DNA from: Camelus ferus
Lineage: Eukaryota
Assembly: GCF_009834535.1 (NCBI RefSeq)
Contig: NC_045697.1
Location: 12,402,001 to 12,466,000, forward strand
Reading direction: 5' to 3'
Length of the DNA stretch: 64,000 bases
Shown here: positions 11,949 to 23,705 of the stretch, piece after piece
Numbering within the stretch: position 1 is the stretch's first letter
Layout: each line of letters opens with the position of its first letter
The notes under the pieces: generated by a model
Databases searched by the model: none
Seen by the model: the letters and a program-made list of their open reading frames with translations, nothing else
Told to the model about the DNA's origin: nothing
Made by a program: the position numbers and the translations under genes

Positions 11949-12914
11949 GGGTAAATTTAAATAGGTTCTAAATAATTTTAATCAAATTGTGAATAATTGC
12001 TCAGGCATACTTTTTTTGGTTTGATGACACAGAAAAACAGCCACAGCTGCCCACACAGATACTCTGGACTCTTGGACAGAGCTATCACCAACCTTGGATT
12101 ACAAATTTTTATATCCATAAATAATCCTGAGCAAGCTGCTCTGTGAAAATTTCTTTCTCCTTTAGGGAGTGGTAAGCCAAAGATGTTAATTGTGAAAAGG
12201 CAGAGAAAAGTAATAATCTGTAGGATGGTGATTTAAAAATCTTGAACTTGGGTTAAAAATAAGTAGTTTATTCAGACAGCTTTCCTCTATTCATCTTGAG
12301 CTGTATAAAAACCTAATGATCAAAGAGTCAGCTAATTATTGTCCCCTGAAGAGTACATGTCATTTGGATACATATCACTTATGATATTTACAAAGAAAGT
12401 GTCTATAAACATCATTTCACAGATGGGTCAATCTGATACCCATAAACTTTGGAAAAAATGTCTAAATCTTGTAGGAAGTCTACAAGAATAAAGGTTACAC
12501 AACACTCATTTCCTGTATCAGCTACTCTGGCTGTAAAAATAACTTCATGAGCTCTCAGTAGAGGGCTGGAAAACAAATCATGGAGGCTCTGGAAGTGGTA
12601 GGCATGAGAAACAATAATAGAGTATTTGTACTTACGGCTACCATACTCCTCGGAGCCCAGCCATGACCCCAGGCCCAGAAGAGATTGTAGCTTTAGGTAA
12701 GCTTCCTGGGGAAGGTGAGCCTAGTCTAGGATGGGATGGTAGAGCCCACCATGAAGCCTAGGTGTTTTGGAATGCATGGATGACCTTCTGACTTATATTT
12801 GGTTTGAGCCCACTGGAACTGATCTGACCTCAGAGTGTGCTGTAATAAGTAACTACAATGAAGTATGATTAAGTATAAAAGTAGAGTCATTTATAAAATG
12901 CAGTAAGAATGCTA

Positions 12915-13035
12915 AACTCATTTATCAGTTGAGGAAATTACTGGTGAATATCTTTCCAAAGTCATCTAGCTAATAAATGGCAGAGACAGGATTTGAACAC
13001 AGTTCTATTTTACTCATACATGTGTTTTTAATCAG
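12915..13035 (-). mobile_element. MIR SINE
   Basis: gaggaaatt...caaagtcatctagctaataaatggcagagacaggatttgaacacag. Confidence 0.7.
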
Positions 13036-13055
13036 TATGTGATTCCACATTTATG

Positions 13056-13120
13056 ATATATGTGTGTGTATATCTATATATCTATATATAGATATATCTA
13101 TATGTCACACATACACATAC
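13056..13120. repeat. TG/TA/CA compound microsatellite
   Basis: Directly visible; contains a 22-bp perfect palindrome at 13076-13097. Confidence 0.85.
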
Positions 13121-13194
13121 CTTATTTGTAATATGTGTTAAAAATTTTAAGGGGCTCAGCACACACAGGGATCTCTGTTTATGTTCAAGGAGTC

Positions 13195-13724
13195 TGTATT
13201 ATTTGACTATTGCCATGTAACAAAATTATCCCAAAACTTGATGGCTTAAAACAGCAACCATTTATTCTTTCATAGTTTCTATGGGTCAGAAATCCAAGAA
13301 TGGCTTATTAGAAGTTTCTGGCTCAAGATTTCTCATGAGATTGCATCAAGCTTTTGATTGGGGTTGTGACCTCATCTAGAGTACAGAGTACAGAGTATAG
13401 AGTATAGAAGGGGTCCTGCTACCAGCTTGCTTGTGTGGCTGTTGGCAAGCCGCAGTCTTTCACCACATGGCTCTCTTCACAGGATTGCTTCACAAAATGA
13501 CAGTCTGACAAGAAGTCTAAGAGTAAGCAAGTGAGAGCACCCCAAGGCAGAAGCCACAGCTTTTTATAACCTAATCTGTGGAAGTGACATACCATTACTT
13601 CTGCTATAGTCTGTTCATTAGAAGTGAGTCATTAAGTTTACTCTCTCTCGAGGGGAGGAGAACTACTAAAGGGCATGAATACCAGGAGATGTAGATTACT
13701 GGGCCATCTTGGGTGCTTACTACA
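13195..13724 (-). mobile_element. MaLR solo LTR (MLT1F/G-like)
   Basis: TG...CA ends (tgtattatttgactattgcc ... cttactaca); ccaaaacttgatggcttaaaacagcaaccatttatt motif; internal (AGAGTAY)4 at 13378-13405. Confidence 0.85.
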
Positions 13725-14014
13725 GGAGATGTTTCTTAGTTTTTATCATCAGATTTTCTTTTCTAAGACCATGTACAGTTTCTTGGGCTCAGCAGTACTT
13801 GTGTTTAGAGTATTGCAGAATCACTACTGCAGGCATCAGACAGAAATCAATGAAATACGGCATTGCAATATGCATCTTATCATTCTGGGCAATCCTCTGG
13901 TATGTGTTTCTGATGACAGATCTGTAAGTGTAAAGCATTCTATTACGATCTGTGAAGAAGGTCATAGTTATTACAATTGATAGATATTGTGAAAGGCAAA
14001 CTTTATAGTAAGAA

Positions 14015-14125
14015 AACAGTGTGACATGGATTAGGAGACTGGGACCTAGATCTCATCCTTGTGTGGATGTGTTATTTAGTCCCTCTGATTCTCAGTTTCC
14101 TTATCTGTAAAATGAGGTGGTTGAG
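14015..14125 (+). mobile_element. MIR SINE
   Basis: ctctgattctcagtttccttatctgtaaaatgagg core. Confidence 0.75.
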
Positions 14126-14129
14126 CAAA

Positions 14130-14420
14130 ACGGGAATTGACAACTCAAAAGTCGTCGGATATCAAGCAAATAATACGAGGGAGTGAAGAGAGCAGGTATA
14201 AGACAGAAATGAGCAGTGGAACTGTAACAACTGGAGAAGGAACAGAGTATCTCTGGGACAGACCCGTATTTCCACAGGGAGTTATGGGCACAATGTGGCC
14301 AGATCTTTGCCTTTTCAAAAGAAATTATAAATCAAGGCTTTTTGTAACATTTTTCTATTTTTAAAAACTCTGTATTGGGCAAACAGTATTTATACTGTTG
14401 GTGGTCAGTTTGAAATCCTT
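14130..14420 (+). mobile_element. hAT-Charlie DNA transposon (MER102-like)
   Basis: caactcaaaa...gagtgaag...aactggag...tgtggccagatctt...ttttcaaaagaa...cagtttgaaatcct; paralogous to 53489-53797. Confidence 0.6.
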
Positions 14421-15514
14421 CAATGAGTATATTTTTAAAACATCTCAAGCTTAAAAAATTATGTTTCTATTGTTCATTTAAGAATGTCAGCTTAGGAATA
14501 CAGAGTGTAGGACACATTTATTGCATACATTGGAAAAAAATTTCTTTTATAGTACAATTATTGTAGGCACATATAAAAATATTCTTTTTTTCCCTTTAGG
14601 TGGTTTGCTTTCGAACACTCCAATTTCTTCAGAAAGATCTACATTTCTGTTCCAAGAAATCAATAAAGAATAGTTAATGTGAAAGAACTTCTCATTTCAT
14701 TTATATTTGACTCTTAGTGCTGCTGGGAAAATAGAACAGGAATTACAAAATGAGAAATTTAAATGAATCTTGATGCTGTCTGATAGGAACCTATACCACC
14801 TCAGGTCATGGACTCAGTGGTAACATCTATCTAATACTTGTTAAAATTAAGTCATAAATTGTATTCATAAAGATTTTTTATAAGTAACCTCACACAGGGT
14901 CAATGTCAACAGAAGAAATTAAAAAAGCAATTGAGGAGTCTTGATGAATGAGTTTGTGGGTCCTGGAATTGACTGCATGATTGTCAGGACCCAATTTTTA
15001 CCTAATAAACACGCAAATGCCATCATTAATATTGACACAAGGAAGTTAAATGGTGATAGTCTCCATGATAAAATGTCATTTTGGAAGAATTAATATGAAG
15101 ATCATGAGTTTAAACCCACAGAACAGACATGAAATGGAAAATTCTGGGCTCTGTGGGTTGTGGAAGTGATAAATTGGGAGGGAGCTATTTCTAAAAGTTT
15201 CTATGCAATTAAAAAAATTCGTTAGATGAAGCGGACTGCTGTTGTACTAATTTCAGGGAAACTATTGTCTTCACTGACTTCTGGCTTCAGAGAAAGCACA
15301 CCTAACTCCAGTGAACTACTTCACCACCTTGCCTTTACATCAGCAGCAGGCTTCTGACTCCTGGCCCTGCAGGGATAGTAGCCAGTGTGGACCTAGTGAC
15401 TTGTGCCCCAGGATCAGAGTTTGCTAATCATCCTCCTGGATTGTTTCCTGCCAAACTGATTAGACAGAACTGCTGGTTTTCAGGCCATTTAACAAAGAGA
15501 TTCTCAGCTTGGAT

Positions 15515-15725
15515 TTTGCAGTAAGACCACCTGGGTTTGCATTCTGTTTAGATCATGTATTTGTTAGCTCTGGGATCTTGGACAAATTGCTTAATATCTC
15601 TCTGCCTTGACTTTCTCATCTATCAAGTGGGAATAATCCTAGTACATGGGATTGAGGATTAAATTGGTTGATGCATATAAATAATAGTACAGTAAGCATT
15701 CAATCAATTTTAGCTGTTACTGTTG
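15515..15725 (+). mobile_element. MIR SINE
   Basis: cctgggtttgcattc...cttggacaaattgcttaatatctctctgccttgactttctcatctatcaagtgggaataat. Confidence 0.8.
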
Positions 15726-16169
15726 TCATTCTTTTCTGCTAAGGACTTTGATAACCTCTTATGACTTCTCCCCTTGCTTGCTACACTTGCTATGTCTATT
15801 GCTACTATTGCTAATTTCTGGTGCCAAATTTACTTAAAGGTTCCTATCTGTGATTAGGAGATGTCCTATCTAGTCATCCTTTCCAAAATCATCAATGGGT
15901 TAGAATTTTTTTACATATGGCAGGTACCTGAATCATCTATCTATTAAGATAGAAGGGTTCCTGGATATGTTTTCTGGTACCTGGCCTAATGCAGATCTCT
16001 GTAAGTGGGCCCCAAGATTTCAGTAATAGGATACCACTGCTAATATGGATCTTAGTATTAAAAATTCTGTGGGAGGGTTTTAATATCCCCCTTTTTTGCA
16101 ATAAGGAAGCAACATTCATTTCTTTTTCTAGATTTAGCTCATCTATCACAGTCTTTCAAAACATTTTGA

Positions 16170-16370
16170 GCTCCCTTGTTCCCTACACAGATCATTTCTT
16201 CCTTGGAGCTGCCACTGTATCCTGCAACAACTTTTATTCTGGGAACCACATCATTTTAGTGCAACTTTTGTGTGCATGTCTGATCTCTAATTGGGAGTCC
16301 CTTGAAAATATCTGCAGTACTTAAAACACACCTGGCATAGAATAGACCCTTAAAAAATGCTTCTTGAGTA
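16170..16370 (+). mobile_element. L2 3' end
   Basis: gggagtcccttga...acacctggcatagaatagacccttaaaaaatgcttcttga. Confidence 0.55.
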
Positions 16371-17329
16371 AGGATGAGGAGAAGGTTGGCTGCCAGGAAA
16401 ATGGCTCTGTTGGTGAAGACTTTGATGAAGACTTTTTTGTTCATTCAGACTGGGTCAGGCTGTGTCCAGATGTCATTTTCTAAGTAAGACAGATGATTTG
16501 AGCCATATGTCTGAGCAGAAAATGAGTGATTCCCAAGAAGGTTGCTGTCATCTGGATTTAGTACAGCTACCTTCAACAGTGCTTGAATAAGGAGGGTTAT
16601 CTAACTTAAGACTTTGTAAAGGCAATTAAAGGATTTTTTTTTTTGAGAATGGAGCCAAAAGTGTAGAATGAACTTGTGCTCTTATTAATATTCACTGTGA
16701 GCATAAAGTCACACACACACACAGACACACAGTAATGCACAGAAATATCTAAGAAAAAAATAATAGAACATAGCTACTGTCACAGACCTGGAGCTAAGCT
16801 GTTTACCCATATTATCTCACTTCCAGTTTTCCAGTTTTACAACCTTTTGAGCTGTTCATTCAGACCATTATAAAAATGAAAAAAAAACTGGGTTCTCTCA
16901 GAGAGGGGAAGGGGTTTGGGGATTATGTAACAGGGAAGTGACAAAGCTTGATTGACCGAATAGAGATTGATCTGGAGTTTATGGGCTGGACCATATTTCT
17001 TCTCCAGGGAAATAAATGAGGGGAAGGCTGTGGTGGAGTTAGGGGGTTGTTCCATACCAGCTTAATTTTTGTCATTTCCAAGATAGTAGTCTGTATATAA
17101 TGATGTGGCAGTATCTGTCTCCTTCTTGGGGGAATCCAGAGAAAAACTCCCACAATTTTTCCAAGTGTTTTTACAAAATAGATGATTTTTTAAATGATTT
17201 CAAAAATGATGTTCCATTGGTTTCTAGGTTTTTTTCCCCCCCAAAATTGGCCAGAAGGAAATTCTCAGTCTAAGATGTACTCAGGTCCTTTAAAAACAGC
17301 GTGAGGCCAGTCCCACCACTCACCAGAAT

Positions 17330-17680
17330 GTCATTGGAATTAATGAGTCCCCACTGTGTGCCAAGCATTGTGCTAGGCCCTGGAAATATACAGGCAAACA
17401 AGGCAGCATGGTCTTTGCCCCATAGAACTTCCACTCTAGATGGGAAGACAGACACTAAATAATTACACAGTAAACTCTGCAATTACAATAAAGAGATGAG
17501 CAATGGAAGAAGAGTACATGTCATTAAGGAAATTATAAGAGGGGGAAAAGCTACATGGAAGTTAGGAGAGAATTGTCATCAAAATCTGCCCCAAGGTTTT
17601 GATATTTCAACTGAGCCCTGCAAGATGTGTAGAATTTATCCAGCTAAAAGGGAAGGAACTCTCCAGGCAGAGCACATACT
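17330..17680 (-). mobile_element. L2 3' end
   Basis: ccactgtgtgccaagcattgtgctaggccctggaaatataca...cttccactctagatggg. Confidence 0.8.
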
Positions 17681-18290
17681 TGCCTGTCATCTGGCATGTT
17701 GATTCCTGATTTTTTTTGAACACCTGCTCATGCTTTGATCTTGGTACCAATCTCATTCTACTCTGGGCATATTCCATTTCAGATAGGAGATAATTGGCTT
17801 GGGCTTCAACCAGTCACTCTCCGTTGCCTCTCTTACTGGCTTTGGAACTGGTTCACAGCTTCTTCTATATTGGCTTCTCTTTGCCTCTTGATTTTTGCTC
17901 TCTTCAGCTTGCTTTGTGTTTGCATGTTAAAATCGAAGAGGAAGAGATTTTAGAAAAATACATTTTTCATTTTAGAAAATGCTAGTTGTATTGAAGAGGG
18001 TTCTCTGAGATGCAGAGCAAATTTAAATTGCATCTCTTATTTGATACGACTGTTGGCGAACATAAGAAAATAGCACCCATTTATTAAGGAAGCCATGTGC
18101 AAAGGCAAGGCATGTTTGCAAAAGGCTTATTATAGTACAAGAGGCAATTGCTGCTTTGTTTATTTGGTTTGTGGCTAAGTCATTACAATTCTCCTCTTCT
18201 AGAAAAGAAAATGCACATAGACTGAGATGTCTCTGGCAGCATAATTGCTTCCATTTTATTTAAAGATAATCCAAAATTTAAAAAAAACAT

Positions 18291-19200
18291 TGTTGCAGTG
18301 GACATTGCTTATTTTGAGCTGTCCAGCATCCATTTGCTCCAGTCTTGGAAACGTCACTCCAATATTCTTTGCAGTATCATATTAAAGTAATGCTGACTAT
18401 TGTAATAAATTAATGGTAATTTTTTAATGTCTAAGTATTATAAAAATACACTTCCCTCTCATGTCGTATTCTGATGTGAGTGGTCCTGGGAAAGTGGTTT
18501 CTGCTTCCTTATGCAGAGGTCTCCAGTCCTTCCAACTTCTTGGGTCTGTCCTCCTCTAAATTTTTAGAGTCCCATCCTTAGCAGACAGGTGGGAAAAGGT
18601 AGAGAGTATCACGTGTGGAAAGTTGTCATGGGCAAGATTTTCATGCCATTGGCTACAGTTTCATCACAGGACCACACCTAACTGCAAAAAAAGCAGGGAA
18701 ATGCATTCTAGTTGCCTGTGTGTGAGGAAAAGAAACCAGAAATCTATGCTGCAGGTATCTGTCTCTTCCTTTGCCTCAGAGAATGCTGATTAATCAAAAA
18801 AAAAAAAAAAAAAAAAAGATAGAGCATGTGTCTCAGCTCTCGCCTCTTCTGCTCAGGAATGGACGTATGACCTAAGTTAGTTCAGTCACACTGGGACTCC
18901 AGATTTTTGTTGTGATGGGGTGGCATATGCTTTCCTGATGGTGATAAACAAGAGAACACGTAGTCCTATGGCAGCCTTCCTGAGATGGGAGGAGGGGTGG
19001 GGAGGTACCTTAGAGATTGAAGCCAACACCTATAAGTGGATCCAAAAATGGAGACAAACTAGTTTCTGGTCATTGTTTTAGCTGTTGGATCAAGCTTTTC
19101 CTGAAGCCTTATCTAGTTTTCCAGAGGATCCAGTTAGTTCCCTCCTTTTGTTTAATTCAGTATGAGTTACAGTTTCTGTTCTTGAAAATTTGCAGTCTTT
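18291..19200. mobile_element. Nested MaLR LTRs (plus-strand MLT1 interrupted by a minus-strand MLT1 at about 18373-18750)
   Basis: MLT1-like motifs: gtcatcacaggaccacacctaactgcaa (antisense) and ggatcaagcttttcctgaagcc...tgagttacagtttctgttcttg (sense). Confidence 0.6.
18796..18817 (+). repeat. (A)22 homopolymer
   Basis: Directly visible. Confidence 0.95.
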
Positions 19201-19771
19201 CAAATAGCATCATGAGTGATAAAATTACACAAAAACTTTGGGAATATATACTGTTTATGTGACTTTGGGGAATGATTTAATTGGAGAAATGGGCTGATTT
19301 TTAACTTAAGGCATTTTAATTGCCTCTGATTACGCACTTGCTAGTTCAACAAAGGCGTTATAAGATACGCCTATTAAGCCTTTTCACCTCACCTGGGGCA
19401 GTTTCCATTATAAACACTGAGTTCTCTGCTGGCCAGCTTTTGACTTCCCCCTTATTGGCAATATTGGTCATTTCAGTGGTTGCACTGTTGAAACTCACGT
19501 CTCTAAATACATTGGGTTTCAAACAAAAGCCAGGATAGGACAGGAATCAAACTTCTCCCTCGGTTACACACATGTGGGTGATGGCATTCATCATTTTCAT
19601 GTAACACTTCCTGAGAACTAATAATTAGTGCAGTGATGTGTCCAAATCTGTTTATAAATGCATGGTGAAATACAGAACTTCAAAGTGTATAATGTTACGG
19701 TAACAAAGGGGGCTTTCAGGATTTCTTTGAGATGGAAGAGTAAGGAACAGTTAGAGGAGGCATGGGCTACT

Positions 19772-20470
19772 TTATTAGTTAGGATATAGACTCAGCTATA
19801 ACAGAAGAAATGTTTTAAGCAAAAGAGAATTTTATTTCTCTTTTATAGAGAAATTTGAACTGATATTATGACTGCTCCGAGAATTCTTCAGAGACACAGG
19901 TTCCTTTCATTTTATTGCTATGACCTTGTTCACATGATCCAAAGTAGCTCACCATCACATCTGAGTTTCAGCTAGGGTGAGGATGGAGAGGGAAAGGGAA
20001 GGGAGTTTAGTGGGAATAGGTTAATTTGTGCTATAGTAATAATCATCTCCCAAACATTAGTGGCTTATTTTTTGCTTATGTGACATATTTATGATGGGTC
20101 ACTAGGGATTCTGCCTCATGTTACTCTCACTCAGGGACAACAGAGGTTGGATATGCTCCATCTGGAACATTGTGAGGGCCTATGGCAAGAGAAGGGCAAG
20201 CTAGATAGTTTTGCATCAGCAGTTAAAAGACTTTGCCCTTCACCTTTTTGGCCAGAACTGATCACATGGTCATACCTAACATCAAAGAGTCAGGAAGTAC
20301 AATCCTACAGTGGGATGTAAGTGAACAAGCCTAAAGGCTATTATAGAAACTGGCCCCTTCAAAAACTGAGCTGAAAGTTGCACGTATCAGTTCTTCTCAC
20401 GTCCTGTTAGAACACTGCCATATGGTTGCACCTAACTAAAAAGGAAGCTGGCAAATGCTAATTTTTATTT
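19772..20470 (-). mobile_element. MaLR LTR(s), MLT1J/L-like, probably nested
   Basis: tattagttaggatatagactcagcta start; ggccagaactgatcacatggtcatacctaac; ggttgcacctaactaaaaaggaagctggcaaatg. Confidence 0.7.
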
Positions 20471-20477
20471 CTGTGAC

Positions 20478-21432
20478 AGTGGTTGTGATTTCTAGCTTTT
20501 CCTTTTGATTTTTTTCTTAGCTTTTCCATCTCTCCACTTACGTTGTATGTGTTCTTCCATGTTGTCCACTTTTTCCATTAGAGGCTTAGGATATGAATCA
20601 TAGTTATTTTGCCTGGTCTGATAATTCCAAAATATATGTCATATATGAGCCTGGTTTGATTGCTTGCTTTGTGTCTTAAGATTGGTTTTTTTTCTTGACT
20701 AAAAGGCATTAGAATACCTTGTAATTTTTTGTTGAAAGCCAGACATGGTGTATTGGGTAACAGGGATTGAGGCAAATAGGTCTTTAGTGTGTGGTTTTAT
20801 GTTTATCTCACTAGAAGATGTCTCTGTTTACCAGCTGTAGGTGTTTGAGGCTTCAGTTTTCTCTAGCATCCTTATTTGTCTTCTGGGTTGTCTTTGGGTT
20901 TCCTTAGGAGCCTCTTCTTGAATAGAGTCTTAGCCTTTCAGTTCAGTTCAATAACAGTTGAAATCTCCTATTATCCAGGAGCTCTGCTGATGTGGTGGTA
21001 AGGTGTGGGGTGACATGGGAAAGCATTCTATACTCCTGTGATTCACTCTCAGTCTTTTAGTGAGAGTCACCGGGCTGTGACCTTCACAAGTGCTTCTCAG
21101 CTTTTAATTTTTCTTACTTAGGTGAGATAGGAAGGCTGGCGTAGGGGCTGGAGTTGTGTATTTCTCCCACATGAGTTAGGCTCTATAAAGCAGTTTCCCT
21201 TAAGGGCAGGTGAAGAAGAGAAGGCTCTGTGTGTTCTCTGTTGTGATTCTCTGTATTTGCCTGTTTATCTTTCCAGTTTCCAGGGCATTGGTTTGCCTTC
21301 TGCCCTCAGTTCTCCAATGGACCTAAGCAGAGTTGTTAATTTTCAGTCTGAAGTGAAATCTGAAAGATTTTCTCTTGTTGTGAGGAAGGTGGTGTGACTT
21401 CCAAGTTCTTTAGATGTCCAAGCAGAAGCTGG
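20478..21432 (-). mobile_element. Old L1 5' end (L1MC/L1M4-like 5' UTR and ORF1 start)
   Basis: ctgataattccaaaat, ttgttgaaagccagacatggtgtattgggtaa and terminal gacttccaagttctttagatgtcc...agctgg resemble antisense L1MC 5' ends. Confidence 0.7.
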
Positions 21433-21469
21433 TTGTTAATAGTGTTTCCATCACTGAAGTAATGTCCAC

Positions 21470-21585
21470 TGGTGAATGTGGTCTTTATGCCTGGAGGCCA
21501 TGTGTCCAGTTAATAATCGGAATTCCATCACTATATATTAAGAAGGGGAGAATGTATATCGGGGGAATTGGCAGCCTCTGACACA
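21470..21585 (-). mobile_element. MLT1J-like LTR 5' end
   Basis: ggccatgtgtccagttaa...ggagaatgtatatcggggg aattggcagcctctgacaca. Confidence 0.6.
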
Positions 21586-21979
21586 CTCTTGTTAATGGAA
21601 CTGCAGATAAGAACACTGCAGGGCTTAGGTATCTCTGTGGAGCCCACAGAATCACCCTTAGAGAACAAATCAGCATTGGGAATCGCTAAGCACAGACAAG
21701 CCCAGTGCTAGATTTATAGCTGTGCCAGTGAGGTCGGAACTTCTGTCCCTATCTCTCTTTCTTCTCCAGCTGTGACACTGGAGAGCCACTGGGCGGGCTC
21801 ATGAATGGGCAGGAGGAATGGAGGTGAGGCAGTACAGAAGCGAAGCTCCTCTTACTCTGCAGTGCACGCAGGGGAGACTGTAATGGGGGGAGAGTTTGGA
21901 GCTTTAATATTACAGTGGACAAAACCTTTTATTACCTGTGACCGGAGAACAGCTGAATTACTGGAAGAGCTATGGAAGC

Positions 21980-22403
21980 TGTGGCAGAGACTGCCAGTTG
22001 CCTCTTTTCCCTCCTCCTTACTTGTAATAAACCTGGATTTTCAGCTAGGCATGCTGTGCCCTACCAGAAAAGCTACCCTAAACAGCCTTCTGGACAATAA
22101 GCTGCAAGCAGAAGTGTTGTGTGGTACCTGTTAAGCCTCCTAAGCATTCCTTTCCTTACTTTTTCCTTTATCCTGCTCCTTAGAATGTGGATCTCCAGCA
22201 GCCCTTTTGGACCATAAAGATGAAGGGGTGTCACACTTTAGGTTTTGGGGAGCAGTGAACTAGAAGGAACCTGACCCCCTGAGGAATATGACAATACCAG
22301 CGCTGGACAGTTCACTCCAAAGCTCATTTTATATGAGATATTTATAAATAAGTTTCCTATCTTATTTAAGCCACTCATTTTCAGGGTTCTGTTTCTCCTA
22401 ATA
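21980..22403 (+). mobile_element. MaLR solo LTR (MLT1J-like)
   Basis: tgtggcagagactgccagttgcc start; ttatttaagccactcattttcagggttctgtt...aactgata end. Confidence 0.8.
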
Positions 22404-22611
22404 AAACCTAATTTTAACTGATATAGAACCCATGTCCAAGATTTTATGCATACGGGAGAAAAATAGGACAATGGGGGAGGTGTGCAGATCTACAGTGGTG
22501 AGAATAAACTTGATTTCTCTAGATTCTAGCTCATTCAGTAAACCAATTAGAAAATAATAAACTCACAGCTGAGCAAAGTCTCCTACCCAGACCAAGAAAG
22601 AGGAGGGGAGC

Positions 22612-23070
22612 TGTGTAAGCTCAGGTGTCCTTCAAGAAGCAGACATCAACATGGGACTAAATACACAAGAATTTTATTAGGAAAAACACCTGAATGAGAG
22701 AAAATAACGAGAGATCAGGTAAGGCTGGGAGAGCCATCTGACTGCTATGCAAGGATGACCCGACGTGAAGAGAAAAGGGGAACGTTGGACGGATGAGTGC
22801 CAGACTGTCATGCAGTCAAAGGAAAGTTGGATAAAGCCATCAGGGAGCCTGGAGCCCAAGCTCACCCTTGCAGGAATCCTGTATCTGCCAGTGATGGGTC
22901 TGTCTTAATGTCCCTGCCACACTCAGTCTGTGGCTGGGGGCAACTCATGCAAGGCATGGCCTCACACAAACTCTGCTGAGAAGTTCAGAGCTGAGAAGTT
23001 CAGAGCTCAGCAGCCATAGCCCTCCCTAAACTGGGGGCTCTGTGAAGTTCATTCTCATAGCCACCCCAAA
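22612..23070 (-). mobile_element. ERVL LTR (LTR16-like)
   Basis: agaagcagacatcaacatggg...aagaattttattagg...ggctgggagagccatctgactg; internal perfect 15-bp tandem duplication at 22975-23004. Confidence 0.7.
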
Positions 23071-23469
23071 AGCTGAGTAGGCAGCTCCAGACAATGGGTA
23101 CCTAGATGTGCCTGATGTACCTCTGTGCAAGGGGAATAGACTCATGGCAGAGTCCCAGGATCACCCTGCATCCAACAGGGTCAGGTGGCACACCAGTCTT
23201 ACCTATGAGAGGTGAGGGAGCACGTCAGTAATGTCAGCTCAGGTGCTACCTCAAAGCAGATGCAAAAAGACCTTGATGTTGACGAACACAAGGAGTACCA
23301 GGCCCTCGGCAGGGGTCAGATTGCACTGAACATCAGCTGCAGTACAAGGCTTCCTGCGGGTTCAGTTCCATGGAAGACATCCAAACCATCGCTGCATTTG
23401 CTAGTTTTTTAAATGTATATGAGAGAGTTCCATAATCATAAAGGTGAGATGATGTGAAAAGTCATCTGA

Positions 23470-23705
23470 GAGGTTTCCCAAAATGTTGTGTGTAACAGTG
23501 GTAATATATGACATTATATTAGGAGATTCATAGATAAAATTAGTTTAATAGTTGTAACTTCACTTTTAGTGTTCTTAGATAGTGATACATTTCCAATTAC
23601 ATGGTGATTAAAGTTTTTAATTTAAATTTTAATTTATTAAATTTAAAGAAAAATATGAAATACAGACAGATGACTTGTGGATATGGCAAAAAATTATGAA
23701 GTGAT
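23470..23705. mobile_element. hAT-Charlie-like DNA transposon fragment
   Basis: ggtttcccaaaatg start and gtggatatggcaaaaaattatgaag near the end; subfamily uncertain. Confidence 0.4.

Noticed and set aside
14950..15160. H/ACA snoRNA or pre-miRNA from the twin hairpins
   Set aside because: The hairpins are too short and too far apart, with no H box or pseudouridylation pocket; the minus-strand ACA is likely chance.
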